64,000 nt of DNA, from the NCBI GenBank assembly GCA_934648845.1, contig CAKUFS010000010.1:327-64326 (forward strand), in the 5' to 3' direction. Position 1 is the stretch's first letter. Each line of letters begins with the position of its first letter. The notes under the pieces were generated by a model. That model did not search any database. It worked only from the letters and a program-made list of their open reading frames with translations, and had not been told where the DNA came from. The position numbers and the translations under genes were made by a program. Below, piece after piece: positions 1-9,198 of the stretch. Source of the DNA: an uncultured Eggerthellaceae bacterium. GTDB taxonomy: Bacteria; Actinomycetota; Coriobacteriia; Coriobacteriales; Eggerthellaceae.

Positions 1-426
1 GTTCGTGGAAGTGCCCAGCTGGCGAGCCAGTTCGTAGGTGCCGTCAACGTCGGCGGAAAGGCCGGCAATGGGGTTCACGTAGTCAAGCGCGGCCAGGTTG
101 TACAGCCAAAGAATGTGGCTGTGCAAGAACTGTGCGCCTTCCAGCATGTTACGGATGATACGCGCGTTGTTCGGAATGGTGATGCCGTAAGCTTTCTCGG
201 CAGCAATGGAGGAAGCGTGCGCATGCGAAACCGGGCAAACGCCGCAGATACGCTGCACAATGTGAGCGGCATCCTCGGGGGTGCGATGCTCAATCACGTG
301 CTCCATGCCACGATAGCAGCCGCCGGAAACCCAGGCGTCTTCGACAACGCCATGTTCGTCCACTTCCATCTCAACGCGCAGATGACCCTCGATACGGGTA
401 ATCGGGTCGATGATAGAACGAGTCAT
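1..426 (-). CDS. [NiFe]-hydrogenase large subunit, N-terminal 142 codons (gene runs off the window start)
   Basis: This ORF is absent from the track because it is open at the window edge. Reverse translation from ATG 426-424 gives MTRSIIDPITRIEGHLRVEMEVDEHGVVEDAWVSGGCYRGMEHVIEHRTPEDAAHIVQRICGVCPVSHAHAS... The RIEGH box and the RICGVC nickel-ligand motif are diagnostic. The ATG overlaps the small-subunit TAA (TAATG). Confidence 0.9.
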   Translation of the reverse strand, partial: MTRSIIDPITRIEGHLRVEMEVDEHGVVEDAWVSGGCYRGMEHVIEHRTPEDAAHIVQRICGVCPVSHAHASSIAAEKAYGITIPNNARIIRNMLEGAQFLHSHILWLYNLAALDYVNPIAGLSADVDGTYELARQLGTSTN

Positions 427-1700
427 TACTCCTGGCCTCCCTTCTTGCCAGACTTAAGGCTTGCATCCAGCTCGGCTTGCTCAGCAATAGCCTCGTTGAT
501 ATCGCCGTAATCGCCAATGGACTTGTCGGGGTGCTTTGCGTCCCAAGAGCGAACCTTCTCGAACGGCGCACCGCCGTCCATACGGCCAGAAAGCTTCATG
601 CCAACGCCATGGGCAACCAAGGCTGCAGCAACAACGCCCGTTACCGCACCAGCAGCAACATCGGGGCTGAACGTAAGGTCGCCAATGCGCAGGTCACGCA
701 GGCGAGCAGCAAACGGCGTGTGAACCTGAACCCAGTTGTCGGAAGGATTCATGGGGTCAGCTTCGCAGCAGCCAATGCAAGGAGCACCGGCCTTCACGCA
801 CCAGCTGCGGCCATGGTTCCACTGAGCAACACCGCAGTTCGCATGGGTCTGAGGACCCTTGCAGCCCAGCGGATACAGGCAGTAGCCCAGCGCTTCTTCC
901 TTGGAGCCGTATTCGTACACGAACTCGCCATTCTCGAAGTGACCGCGACGCTCGCAGTTGTCGTGAATGGTCTGACCGAAGATGCCCGTCGGGCGGTTGT
1001 AGGAGTCAAGCTCGGGCAGCTGGCCCATCATGACAACGTCAACCAGGACAGCAACCAACCACTCGGGGTTAGCCGGGCAGCCCGGGATGTTGATAACGGG
1101 GGTTTTGATGCCGTTCTTGTCCAGGAACTTCTGAACGCCCATTGCACCAGACGTGTTAGGCTCAGCACCCATCCAGCCACCGTTTACTGCGCAAGAACCC
1201 AGCGCCACAACAGCGTTGGCATGCTCGGCAGCTTCAATCAGATGCTTCGTGCCCGGCTCACCGGCAACACGCAGAGCGTTTCCGCCCCAACCTTCCAGGA
1301 TGGCACCCTCGTAAATAAGAATGTAGTTGCCAGCCTTGATGGTGCGCTCCTTGGCTTCTTCCATAGAGAAACCAGCGGCGGCGGAAAGCGTCTCAGAGTA
1401 GTTCAAAGACAGAAGCTCCAAGACAACAGTCGCTGCATCGGGGGAATCCACCTGAGCGAAGGACTCGGTGCAGCCCGTGCAGGATGCGCCTTCGATCCAG
1501 ATGGCGGGGTAAAGCTTTCCCTCGGTTGCGCCGATGATCTTGTCTTCAAGCGCATATGCTACCTTAGGTATACCCGCAGAACCCAAGCCAGCAGCAACGG
1601 CAACAGCTCCGCATAACTTCATGAAGCTACGACGAGAAACGCCATGGGCTTCAAGCAGCGCATCGAAGTCTACTGCACTTGCCTGTTCGTGCATTTTCAA
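426..1700 (-). CDS. [NiFe]-hydrogenase small subunit (Tat-exported, membrane-anchored uptake type)
   Basis: 424-aa ORF with a twin-arginine signal (SRRSFMKLCGAVAVAAG). Fe-S cluster Cys motifs are CTGCTES, GCPANPEW and CIGCCE. It has a C-terminal hydrophobic anchor and lies directly upstream of, and coupled to, the large subunit. Confidence 0.93.
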   Translation of the reverse strand: MKMHEQASAVDFDALLEAHGVSRRSFMKLCGAVAVAAGLGSAGIPKVAYALEDKIIGATEGKLYPAIWIEGASCTGCTESFAQVDSPDAATVVLELLSLNYSETLSAAAGFSMEEAKERTIKAGNYILIYEGAILEGWGGNALRVAGEPGTKHLIEAAEHANAVVALGSCAVNGGWMGAEPNTSGAMGVQKFLDKNGIKTPVINIPGCPANPEWLVAVLVDVVMMGQLPELDSYNRPTGIFGQTIHDNCERRGHFENGEFVYEYGSKEEALGYCLYPLGCKGPQTHANCGVAQWNHGRSWCVKAGAPCIGCCEADPMNPSDNWVQVHTPFAARLRDLRIGDLTFSPDVAAGAVTGVVAAALVAHGVGMKLSGRMDGGAPFEKVRSWDAKHPDKSIGDYGDINEAIAEQAELDASLKSGKKGGQE

Positions 1701-2074
1701 ACCTCCTTCGGTTCAAAACTCATTCAAGCGGCCCTCTCTTTTCCAACTTACTTTGCCACTTGAAATTGCCACTGATAACACCTTAGGGTCAGACGAACTC
1801 GTTTTGTGTTACGTTTGCGAAAAGATTAGTAAACAACGTTACGATTCACGCCCTTCGGTAAACTGCTGGGAAGTTTAGCAATAAGCAGGATTGTTCAAGC
1901 GAACGCAAGCAAAAAACTTGGGGAACGGGCTAAAAAAGAGACGAATACTTCTTCTTTTCATTTTCTACTCATAGTGATACAGTTCGTGTATTTGTGTTTT
2001 CGTGGTTATTGATGCGCCTACAACAACAAAACACGCGTCGAAACCTTGGCTCCCCGAGAATAATGGTAGGAAAA

Positions 2075-2944
2075 ATGACAAACTATATTCTTATGACCGA
2101 ATCGGGAAACGACATTCCCAACGAACTTGCCCAACAATATGGCATTCTGGTGGTGCCCATGCACGTGACATTCAACGGAAAATGCTTGGACGATGGCACC
2201 TTCCCCGCAACCGACGTGTTCGACCACTATAAAAAGACGCGCGAGCTGCCGAAAACAAGCGGCTGCATGCCTGCGGACTTTTACCCGTTCTTCGACAAAA
2301 TAGAGCAAGAGCATCCCAACGCGGAAATCATTTACCTGGCATATTCTGCGGCAACCACGTGCTCATACGAAAGCGCCCTTGTTGCCGTGAAAACGCGCAG
2401 CCAGGAATTCCAGGATCGCTTCCACGCGTTCGACATGAAAGCGGTTTCTGCAGGCGGTTGCCTGATTGTAAAGGAAGTGGCGCAACGCATTGCACAGCAA
2501 CCTTCCATCACGCTGCCCGAGCTTACCGCCTACATTGAAGACCGCATTGCACGCTGCCGCATGCACTTCATTCCCGGCAGCCTTGAGTTCTTGCACGCGG
2601 GCGGCCGCTTGAGCAACATGGCATTTTTGGGTGCCATGCTGCTGAACATCAAGCCCACCATCGAGATTCTTGACGGCAAGCTGGTTGCCACGAAAAAGCA
2701 GCGCGGCTCCATGGAAAAATGCGTGATAAAGGCGGTGGAGCACTTCTTGTCCGACGAGCCGAAAGAACACGACCACCTGAATCTTATCTGGGGTGCCGGG
2801 CTTGACCAGAGCATTCAGGACAAAGTGACGAAGCGCTGCAAAGAGGCCGGCTTCAAAGACATCTGCTGGATTCAAACCGGCGGCGTGATTGGAAGCCACA
2901 GCGGCCCGGGCGCATTCGGCATTGTTGCCATGGCGCAGGCGTAA
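2075..2944 (+). CDS. DegV family (fatty-acid-binding) protein
   Basis: ORF 1994-2944. The start is moved to ATG 2075, which follows GGTAGGAAAAA. The N-terminus MTNYILMTESGNDIP... and the overall ~290-aa layout fit DegV. Confidence 0.8.
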   Translation: MTNYILMTESGNDIPNELAQQYGILVVPMHVTFNGKCLDDGTFPATDVFDHYKKTRELPKTSGCMPADFYPFFDKIEQEHPNAEIIYLAYSAATTCSYESALVAVKTRSQEFQDRFHAFDMKAVSAGGCLIVKEVAQRIAQQPSITLPELTAYIEDRIARCRMHFIPGSLEFLHAGGRLSNMAFLGAMLLNIKPTIEILDGKLVATKKQRGSMEKCVIKAVEHFLSDEPKEHDHLNLIWGAGLDQSIQDKVTKRCKEAGFKDICWIQTGGVIGSHSGPGAFGIVAMAQA

Positions 2945-3085
2945 GGGTTTAGTGCGCTGTTCTCTGTTGACCTGCGGTTTTTCTGACTACCTGCAGCAAT
3001 CTCCGTCGTGCGACCGCAAGCCGCATTGCGCCCGATGCGCGGCTCTCAAGCCGCTCGCCGCCCCTTCCCCAACATTCGCTTTTCC

Positions 3086-3131
3086 GACAAGAAGGGCTTG
3101 TCTCGGTTGATGAGACAAGCCCTTCTTTTTG
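3086..3131 (+). terminator. Rho-independent terminator after the DegV gene
   Basis: GACAAGAAGGGCTTGTCTC / GAGACAAGCCCTTCTT forms a perfect long stem with a 7-nt loop, followed by TTTTTGT. It lies between convergent genes. Confidence 0.8.
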
Positions 3132-3274
3132 TAGCAGATTATGCAGCAGACAAGCATCTGCGGATCATTGCGCAAGCGCGGCAGTCGAGCCAGGCAGCCG
3201 GCGCAAGAACACGAGCCAACCGCCAGCGCAACACCGCAAGCAGCGAAGACAGCGGCTTTCCCTTGATGCGCGCC

Positions 3275-3697
3275 CTACCCCAAATCGGTCTGGCTGAGCA
3301 CCTTAAAGCCTGCCGCCGCAACCTTCTCTGCAATGGCAACGCTTTCTGCCGCGGGAATCTTCATAACGGCAATTGCCTGGTTGGACTCGCTGAAGCAATA
3401 ACCGTACTGGACGTTTACATCCATGTCGTCGAAAATCGCCATAAGCGTGGCCAAGCCGCCCGCCGTATCGGTAATGGAAATGGCCGACACAGGTGTTTTC
3501 ATAACGCGATACCCCGCCGCGTTCAGCGCCTCGGTTGCCTTATCGGGGTCGGCGCAAATGATACGAATCACGCCGTATTCAGCGGTTTCCGCAATGCTTA
3601 AGGCCTTCATGTTCACCTGAGCATCAGCCATGACCTTGGTCAATGCCGCCAAACGACCTTCGGCGTTCTCCAGAAAAACAGTAACTTGGCTAATCAT
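3275..3697 (-). CDS. ACT domain-containing protein (tandem ACT repeats)
   Basis: 140 aa with two repeats of the ACT-like pattern (VFLENAEGRLAALTKVMADAQVNM... / ISITDTAGGLATLMAIFDDMDVNV...). It overlaps the upstream paaK stop by 8 nt, the usual PaaK-ACT pairing in anaerobes. Confidence 0.8.
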   Translation of the reverse strand: MISQVTVFLENAEGRLAALTKVMADAQVNMKALSIAETAEYGVIRIICADPDKATEALNAAGYRVMKTPVSAISITDTAGGLATLMAIFDDMDVNVQYGYCFSESNQAIAVMKIPAAESVAIAEKVAAAGFKVLSQTDLG

Positions 3698-5003
3698 TGA
3701 AAACCCCCGTCCTGAGATCGATAACGCGCTTTGCCTTGCCTTCAGAGCGAGCGATGGTCATGGGTTCCACCAGCTTCACCTTAATGCCCACAGAAAGTTC
3801 TGCCTTGCACTTTGTCTGGATAGCCTTCTGAAGTCGCTCGATGGCGGCAACCTGATCGAAGTCAAAATCGGGGTTGAGCTCGGCTTTCAGCGTGACAACA
3901 TCCAGGTGGTTCGGGTTGGAAAGCTCGATTTGGTACCACGAGGAAACCTCGGGGAATGTCTTCATCACGTTCTCGATCTGGCTGGGGAACACGTTCACGC
4001 CGCGGATGATAAGCATGTCGTCGGTACGTCCGTGCAAGCGATCAATGCGACGATGCGTGCGGCCGCAAGCGCATTCGCCCGGAATGATGCGCGTGATGTC
4101 GCGCGTGCGATAGCGCACCACGGGGGATGCTTCGCGATCAACCGTGGTAATCACGAGCTCACCCCATTCGCCATCAGGCAAAACCTGACCAGTAGCGGGG
4201 TCGATGATCTCGGCGATGAAGTGATCTTCCGCCAAGTGCAAGCCCGTTTGCTGCAGGCATTCAATAGCCACGCCGGGGCCCATGGTCTCGGTCAGGCCGT
4301 AAACGTCGAGCACCTTGTAGCCCAGCTTGTTTTCCAGTTCCTCGCGGAAGTTGTCAGACATAGGCTCGGCGCCGTGGATGCCGAACTTCAAAGAGAATTC
4401 CTTCTTGGGGTCAAGACCCATGGCAAGCGCGGTATCAGCAATGTGCATGGCGTACGAAGGCGTGCAGCACAGGATGGTGGTTCCCATGGTACGCAGGATG
4501 CGAATCTGACGCTCGGTATTGCCCGCAGATGCAGGAATGGTGGTACAACCTGCGGCAACACCGCCGTAATGAGCACCCAAGCCGCCCGTGAAAAGACCGT
4601 AGCCGTAGCATACCTGCATGATATCGTTCTCGTCGCCTTCGCCCAGCTCAACGCCGCGCGCAAAACATTCGCCCCAGAACTTCAAGTCGTAGTCGGTATA
4701 AGCGCCCACCGTAGCAACGCCCGTGGTGCCCGAAGACATATGGATTTCCTTCACGTCCGAAAGCGGCACCGCCAACATGCCGTACGGATACGCATCGCGC
4801 AGGTCCTGCTTCTGAACGAAGGGGGCCTTTTGCAAATCGGCTAACGTTTCAACGGAATACGGGTCGAATCCCGCCTTATCAAACGATTCCTTATAAAAAG
4901 GAACGTGCTCATATACGTTGACGACCGTCTTCTTCAATCCCTCAAGCTGGATTGCTTCCAGCTCTTCATGAGGCATGCGCAAAATTGCATCTTGCTTGCC
5001 CAT
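3690..5003 (-). CDS. paaK: Phenylacetate-CoA ligase (adenylate-forming enzyme)
   Basis: Motifs MSSGTTG, YGLTETMGPG and the C-terminal RVIDLR tail fit the family. The start is set at ATG 5003 (MGKQDAILRMPHEELEAIQLEGL...), preceded by AAGAAAGGA. The track ORF start at 5123 adds 40 residues unlike the family. Confidence 0.88.
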   Translation of the reverse strand: MGKQDAILRMPHEELEAIQLEGLKKTVVNVYEHVPFYKESFDKAGFDPYSVETLADLQKAPFVQKQDLRDAYPYGMLAVPLSDVKEIHMSSGTTGVATVGAYTDYDLKFWGECFARGVELGEGDENDIMQVCYGYGLFTGGLGAHYGGVAAGCTTIPASAGNTERQIRILRTMGTTILCCTPSYAMHIADTALAMGLDPKKEFSLKFGIHGAEPMSDNFREELENKLGYKVLDVYGLTETMGPGVAIECLQQTGLHLAEDHFIAEIIDPATGQVLPDGEWGELVITTVDREASPVVRYRTRDITRIIPGECACGRTHRRIDRLHGRTDDMLIIRGVNVFPSQIENVMKTFPEVSSWYQIELSNPNHLDVVTLKAELNPDFDFDQVAAIERLQKAIQTKCKAELSVGIKVKLVEPMTIARSEGKAKRVIDLRTGVFND

Positions 5004-5284
5004 GTGAATCCTTTCTTGTGCTTTTTGCGGGAAACCGCATAAGGGGGTAGCGCGGATATGCGCGTGGGGCAATTGTACTCCAATGTCTGCGATTGGGCGC
5101 GTTGTTGTCGGGTTTTTTAACATGCGGCTAACATGATGCGGTTAAAATAGCTGTTTTGGAGTGGCGTGACGGAATTTGCCGTGCACATTTTTCGCTCCTT
5201 TTGTTGCTTCTGACGCTGCATTTGCTGCGGGCGCCGCCGCGCTCATGTATACTAATCCGCGCAAAGATTCGAAAGGAGAATCCG

Positions 5285-5710
5285 GTGATTAAAGAACTGG
5301 TAACCGATACCGACATTCTGTCCGTTACGTGCGAAAAAGCCACGGCCGAAGATGCTTCCGTGGCAGAAGACCTGGTAGATACGCTGCAATCCATGGAAGA
5401 TGCCGCATGCCTGGCCGCCAACCAAATTGGCGTGACGAAGCGCATCATTGCGTTCAGAGATGACCAGGACAATATCCACGTTATGTTCAACCCCTCGTTT
5501 AACCAGGCGCTTCGTCCGTCGAAGATGCCCGAAGAGTGCCTGTCGCTGCCTGAAGCCGGCCCGCAGATGGTACGTCGCTTCGATTGGATTCGCGTGGAGT
5601 TCGAGCAGCTTATCGATGGCGCATTGGTTGTAAAGAAACGCAACTACGAAGGCTGGACGGCTGAAATCATCCAGCACATGATTGATCACTGCAACGGCAA
5701 GCTGATTTAA
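5285..5710 (+). CDS. Peptide deformylase homologue with a non-canonical third motif
   Basis: GTG start at 5285 follows GAAAGGAGAA. Motif 1 is CLAANQIG and motif 2 is EECLSLP. Motif 3 reads QHMIDHCNG instead of QHExDHLxG. See the finding for this gene. Confidence 0.8.
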   Translation: MIKELVTDTDILSVTCEKATAEDASVAEDLVDTLQSMEDAACLAANQIGVTKRIIAFRDDQDNIHVMFNPSFNQALRPSKMPEECLSLPEAGPQMVRRFDWIRVEFEQLIDGALVVKKRNYEGWTAEIIQHMIDHCNGKLI

Positions 5711-5789
5711 GCGCGAAACTCCCGATCCTTGGCACGAGTCTAAGCCGCTGCGCTTGCGAAAGCCGATGCGCACCAGGAAACCAAGGTGC

Positions 5790-6019
5790 TTGTTGGAAAA
5801 GCGGGTGCGAATTCGGGCAAATGCACGATACTCGGTGGTTTGGTTTTGGCTTAGCGCACTGTTGACGCAACAGTTCACAACAAAAGCAAATACCGCATTG
5901 CTGTGACCTGGGAAAATAGAAACAATAAATCGGGGAGGACCGAACAGTCCTCCCCGATTTGCATTATAGACCACCGAATATCGTCGATTTGCCCGAAATA
6001 CCGGGCGTTTTGACAACAA
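5790..6019. mobile_element. MITE-like repeat family B, copy 1 (~230 bp, ~50-nt terminal inverted repeats)
   Basis: The left end is TTGTTGGAAAAGCGGGTGCGAATTCGGGCAAATGCACGATACTCGGTGGTT. The right end is GACCACCGAATATCGTCGATTTGCCCGAAATACCGGGCGTTTTGACAACAA, its imperfect reverse complement. A second copy lies at 29099-29317. The interior carries the hairpin TCGGGGAGGAC-CGAACA-GTCCTCCCCGA. Confidence 0.7.
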
Positions 6020-6076
6020 CCCCCTTCAAATCCAGGGCGCACAAACGCAATCCCGACCGCGAAAAGCGAAAAAGCG

Positions 6077-7609
6077 TTACTGTACCAAGCATTCGTCGAG
6101 GCGCGCCTCGATTTCAGCGCGGTTCATGTCCTTGCCGATAACGACCAGCTTATTGCGGCGGTCGCCCACCGTATCATCCCAATCATCAAGGGCGTTCGGA
6201 TTCGCGTTCAAGATTGCCTCGCGCTCTTCGGGCGTGGCCGATGCGATCCACGGGCTGTTCGGCGACATATAGAAACGCTTGCCCGCCTGCTCGAACAGGA
6301 AGCACGTGTCCTCATCGTCATCAACCCAGGCCATGCCCTTGCAGCGAATGATGCTTGCCGGCCATTCGCGCACAAGCGCGCGCAAAGATTCCATGGCAAA
6401 AGGACGACGGCGCTCATACACGAATGTCGTAATGCCGTATTCCGCCACGTGATCGTGACCGTCGGCATGGTCGTGGCCGCAACAGCAAGAACCGTCCTCG
6501 TGATGGTGGTGGTGATGGCACGCGCAATCGGGATCGTCGCATTCATCATGGTCGTGACCTGCCCTTTCGCCGTTGTCGTGATCGTGATCACACGTGCACT
6601 CGTGTTCGTCGCCGTCATGGTGATGCTCATGGTGATGGTGACCGTGGCCGTCGGCTTCGTGCGTTTCCTCCACGCCGTTTTCCAGCGCATCAACCCAACC
6701 CGCGGAATCAAAAACGCTATCGAACGTAAAACAATCGGTATACAGGATCTCGTTCAACGGAACATCACCCTGAACAGCCTCGATAATGGTTGCGTCCTTC
6801 TGTAAACTGCGAATGAGCACTTTTAGCTCGGCCAGTTGCTCGGGGGTCACTTGGTCCACTTTGTTCAGGATAAGCGTGGAGCAAAACTCGATTTGGTTGA
6901 TAAGCAAGTTGGCAATGTCGTCTTCCTCGTTTGCGCTCACCAAATCCTGGCCGCCGTTGAACTCGTCAAACATACGCGCGCAGTCCACCACAGCAACCAC
7001 GTTGTCAAGCATGAGCGGCGCCTCGGAAATCTTGATTTCCGTATATTCAGCGTCGTCTTCGTAGTCGGCGTCTTCGTCTTCCGCGTAATCAGCAGGCTCG
7101 CTGCCGCTGCCGGCGTCATCGGCTTCTTCACCATCCGCAAGTTCATCATAGGGCATTTCTTCAGGGAGTTTACCTTGCGACCAATCGCAAAAATCCGAAA
7201 TAGTGTACGCAATGGGCATGGGCTCGCAAATGCCGGACGCCTCGATGATGATGTAATCGAAGTTGCCCGACTCGGCCAGTTGAGCCAGCTGAGCAGCCAG
7301 GTCCTCGGAAAGCGAGCAGCAAATGCATCCGTTCGTCATGGGAATCAGGCTGTCGGTCATCTCGGTCACCGCACCCGTTTGCGCAATGAGCTCGGCATCG
7401 ATGTTCACCTCACCGATGTCGTTCACAATAACAGCCGCGCGCACGCCTTCCGTGTTCGTGAGCACATGGTTCAGCAGCGTGGTTTTACCAGCGCCCAAGT
7501 AGCCCGTGATCATCGCAATGCGAACAGGCGGCTGCTCGGCGGCAACTTCCGCAAGCTCGCCCTGCGCGGCAGTGGTGGGCAGGGCACCTTCTTCTTTCGG
7601 TTCTTCCAT
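6077..7609 (-). CDS. COG0523/CobW-family GTPase metallochaperone with acidic and His/Cys-rich insertions
   Basis: Walker A GYLGAGKTTLLNHVL and the CxCC motif GCICCSL are present. The C-terminal domain is interrupted by HGHHHHEHHHDGDEHECTCDHDHD...CACHHHHHHEDGSCCCGHDHADGHDH. Confidence 0.88.
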   Translation of the reverse strand: MEEPKEEGALPTTAAQGELAEVAAEQPPVRIAMITGYLGAGKTTLLNHVLTNTEGVRAAVIVNDIGEVNIDAELIAQTGAVTEMTDSLIPMTNGCICCSLSEDLAAQLAQLAESGNFDYIIIEASGICEPMPIAYTISDFCDWSQGKLPEEMPYDELADGEEADDAGSGSEPADYAEDEDADYEDDAEYTEIKISEAPLMLDNVVAVVDCARMFDEFNGGQDLVSANEEDDIANLLINQIEFCSTLILNKVDQVTPEQLAELKVLIRSLQKDATIIEAVQGDVPLNEILYTDCFTFDSVFDSAGWVDALENGVEETHEADGHGHHHHEHHHDGDEHECTCDHDHDNGERAGHDHDECDDPDCACHHHHHHEDGSCCCGHDHADGHDHVAEYGITTFVYERRRPFAMESLRALVREWPASIIRCKGMAWVDDDEDTCFLFEQAGKRFYMSPNSPWIASATPEEREAILNANPNALDDWDDTVGDRRNKLVVIGKDMNRAEIEARLDECLVQ

Positions 7610-7854
7610 GGTTCCTCGATTCTGTTTCGCGGTTTTGTACGCGTAGATTATCGCAGTTTCGCGCGCGCGGCGGCAAAAAGCACGTCATTTTGGCATAATA
7701 GGCAAAGAAGGAAACGCGTGCGTCCAAACGCCGCCAAGACGATCACAAATAACGCGGTGATGGCGCGCAGACGCGGCAACCGCAAAAGCGAAACCGCACG
7801 GCATGGCAAAACGCCGCCAAACGCGAACGCGAACAAGTACAACCGAAGGAAACC

Positions 7855-8730
7855 ATGCGCCAACGAAAACCGACAAATCTGAACGTGACGCTCGAGCGCT
7901 ACCACGAGCCCATCGTCGATGAGCCTTCTGCCGTGAAGGGCAGCTGGATACGCGCGTTCATGCCCGATGCCCGCGCTCTTTACCTGGATTTGGGCTGCGG
8001 TAAGGGCATTTTCCTTGCGGAGATTGCGCAAAAACACCCGGATGTGCTGTTCGTGGGAATCGACCACAGCGACGTATGCGTTGCGCGCGCGGCGCAAAAA
8101 GTCGTTGAGCAGGAGCTTCGCAACGTGCGCTTGATTTGCGCCGACGCCGCTGATTTGGAAAACATCTTTGGCGAAGGCGAGCTTGATTTGATTTACCTGA
8201 ACTTCAATTCGCCGTTTCCCAAGAAGAAACATGCTGAAAAGCGCCTGACGCATCTTGCGCATCTTACGCGATACCGACGCTTGCTGCGCCGCGGCGGCGT
8301 GATTGAAATGCGCACCGACAATGTTCTCTATTGGGAGTTTTCCCTGGTAGAACTCGATATTGCAGGGTATGAAATTTTAGCGCAATCCGATAATTTGCAT
8401 CGCGATGCCGCGTTGCTTGACGCCACGCTGGCAAGCGAGTACGACACGCGCACCACCGAGCGCGGAGCCCGCGTACGCTGGTTGCGCGCCTTGCCAGGCC
8501 CTGAGCCTGCCACGTGCGTGCAGACCGATAAGCTGGGCTTGGCCGAGTACCTTCCCCAGGACATCGAGAACTTCCACGAGATTCCCTATGGCATGGAAGA
8601 CACCGTCGCGAACATCCGGAGCCGCCGCGCGAATGCACGAGCGCGGGCGGAACGAGAGAAGGCGCAGCAGGAAAAAGCGGTTGCGCGCGTGCAGGACGAA
8701 ACGGGAAACGCAGTCGCAAGACAAGACTGA
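7855..8730 (+). CDS. trmB: tRNA (guanine46-N7)-methyltransferase with a basic C-terminal extension
   Basis: SAM motif LDLGCGKGIF, plus NFNSPFPKKKHAEKRL and RTDN. About 60 extra Arg/Glu/Ala-rich residues sit at the C-terminus. Confidence 0.85.
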   Translation: MRQRKPTNLNVTLERYHEPIVDEPSAVKGSWIRAFMPDARALYLDLGCGKGIFLAEIAQKHPDVLFVGIDHSDVCVARAAQKVVEQELRNVRLICADAADLENIFGEGELDLIYLNFNSPFPKKKHAEKRLTHLAHLTRYRRLLRRGGVIEMRTDNVLYWEFSLVELDIAGYEILAQSDNLHRDAALLDATLASEYDTRTTERGARVRWLRALPGPEPATCVQTDKLGLAEYLPQDIENFHEIPYGMEDTVANIRSRRANARARAEREKAQQEKAVARVQDETGNAVARQD

Positions 8731-8855
8731 CAAGGCGCACGCAGAACAAAGAACTCGAAACGAAACGCAAAATAACGCATATCGGACAAAACGCGCAAAC
8801 CGAACCGCAACAAGCAAGAAAGCAAGTAAGACGAATCCAAACCAAGGAGGCCGCA

Positions 8856-8999
8856 ATGAACATCAAGCAGCAAAGAACAATGAAGCGCGCAGGAGCATGG
8901 TGCATCGTTTTTGGCACCGCGACCATTGTCACCGGCGTTGCCGTGGGCGTTGGCTGCTTGATTGCGGCGGGCAAGCTGCTGAAAAGCGCGCGTTCGTAG
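8856..8999 (+). CDS. Possible 47-aa small membrane protein
   Basis: It is below the track cutoff. The ATG is preceded by CCAAGGAGGCCGCA. Translation is MNIKQQRTMKRAGAWCIVFGTATIVTGVAVGVGCLIAAGKLLKSARS, one clear TM helix with a positive-inside N-terminus. Confidence 0.4.
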   Translation: MNIKQQRTMKRAGAWCIVFGTATIVTGVAVGVGCLIAAGKLLKSARS

Positions 9000-9198
9000 C
9001 GCATTGGACGCGACCGGCGAAGGGCGCGGAGAGCCGGATTCAGCACGCCGTCCTCTCTGGCACGCCGCCCTCCCTGGAATCATTGCGCGTAAACCGCTCG
9101 ACCGCGAAGGGCGCGAAAACCCGAAACGCAAAGCCGCGCTTTCCGGAAGCGTCGCAAGCAAAGCCGCCCACCTGAGAATATAACGAAAAGGAGCACTC

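Noticed and set aside
477-1616. A long ORF (379 aa, + strand) antisense to the hydrogenase small-subunit gene. Similar long antisense or out-of-frame ORFs occur at 3630-4844, 6836-7882, 10081-11322, 13399-14925, 15721-16902, 20293-21561, 22333-23412, 38251-39237, 38957-40003, 43569-44666, 51121-51711, 53912-54961 and 62513-63539.
   Set aside because: Each lies opposite a gene with clear family motifs. Their translations are Arg/Ala/His/Gln-rich and low-complexity, with no motifs. This is the usual stop-codon-poor shadow frame of GC-rich DNA.
5252-6019. A 255-aa minus-strand ORF spanning the def gene and MITE B1.
   Set aside because: It is antisense to def and runs through a repeat. It has no motifs.
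7610-7854. A Zur or other metalloregulator box upstream of the COG0523 gene.
   Set aside because: No AT-rich palindrome of the Zur/Fur type is visible. The spacer is mostly A/C/G-rich with only short imperfect repeats.
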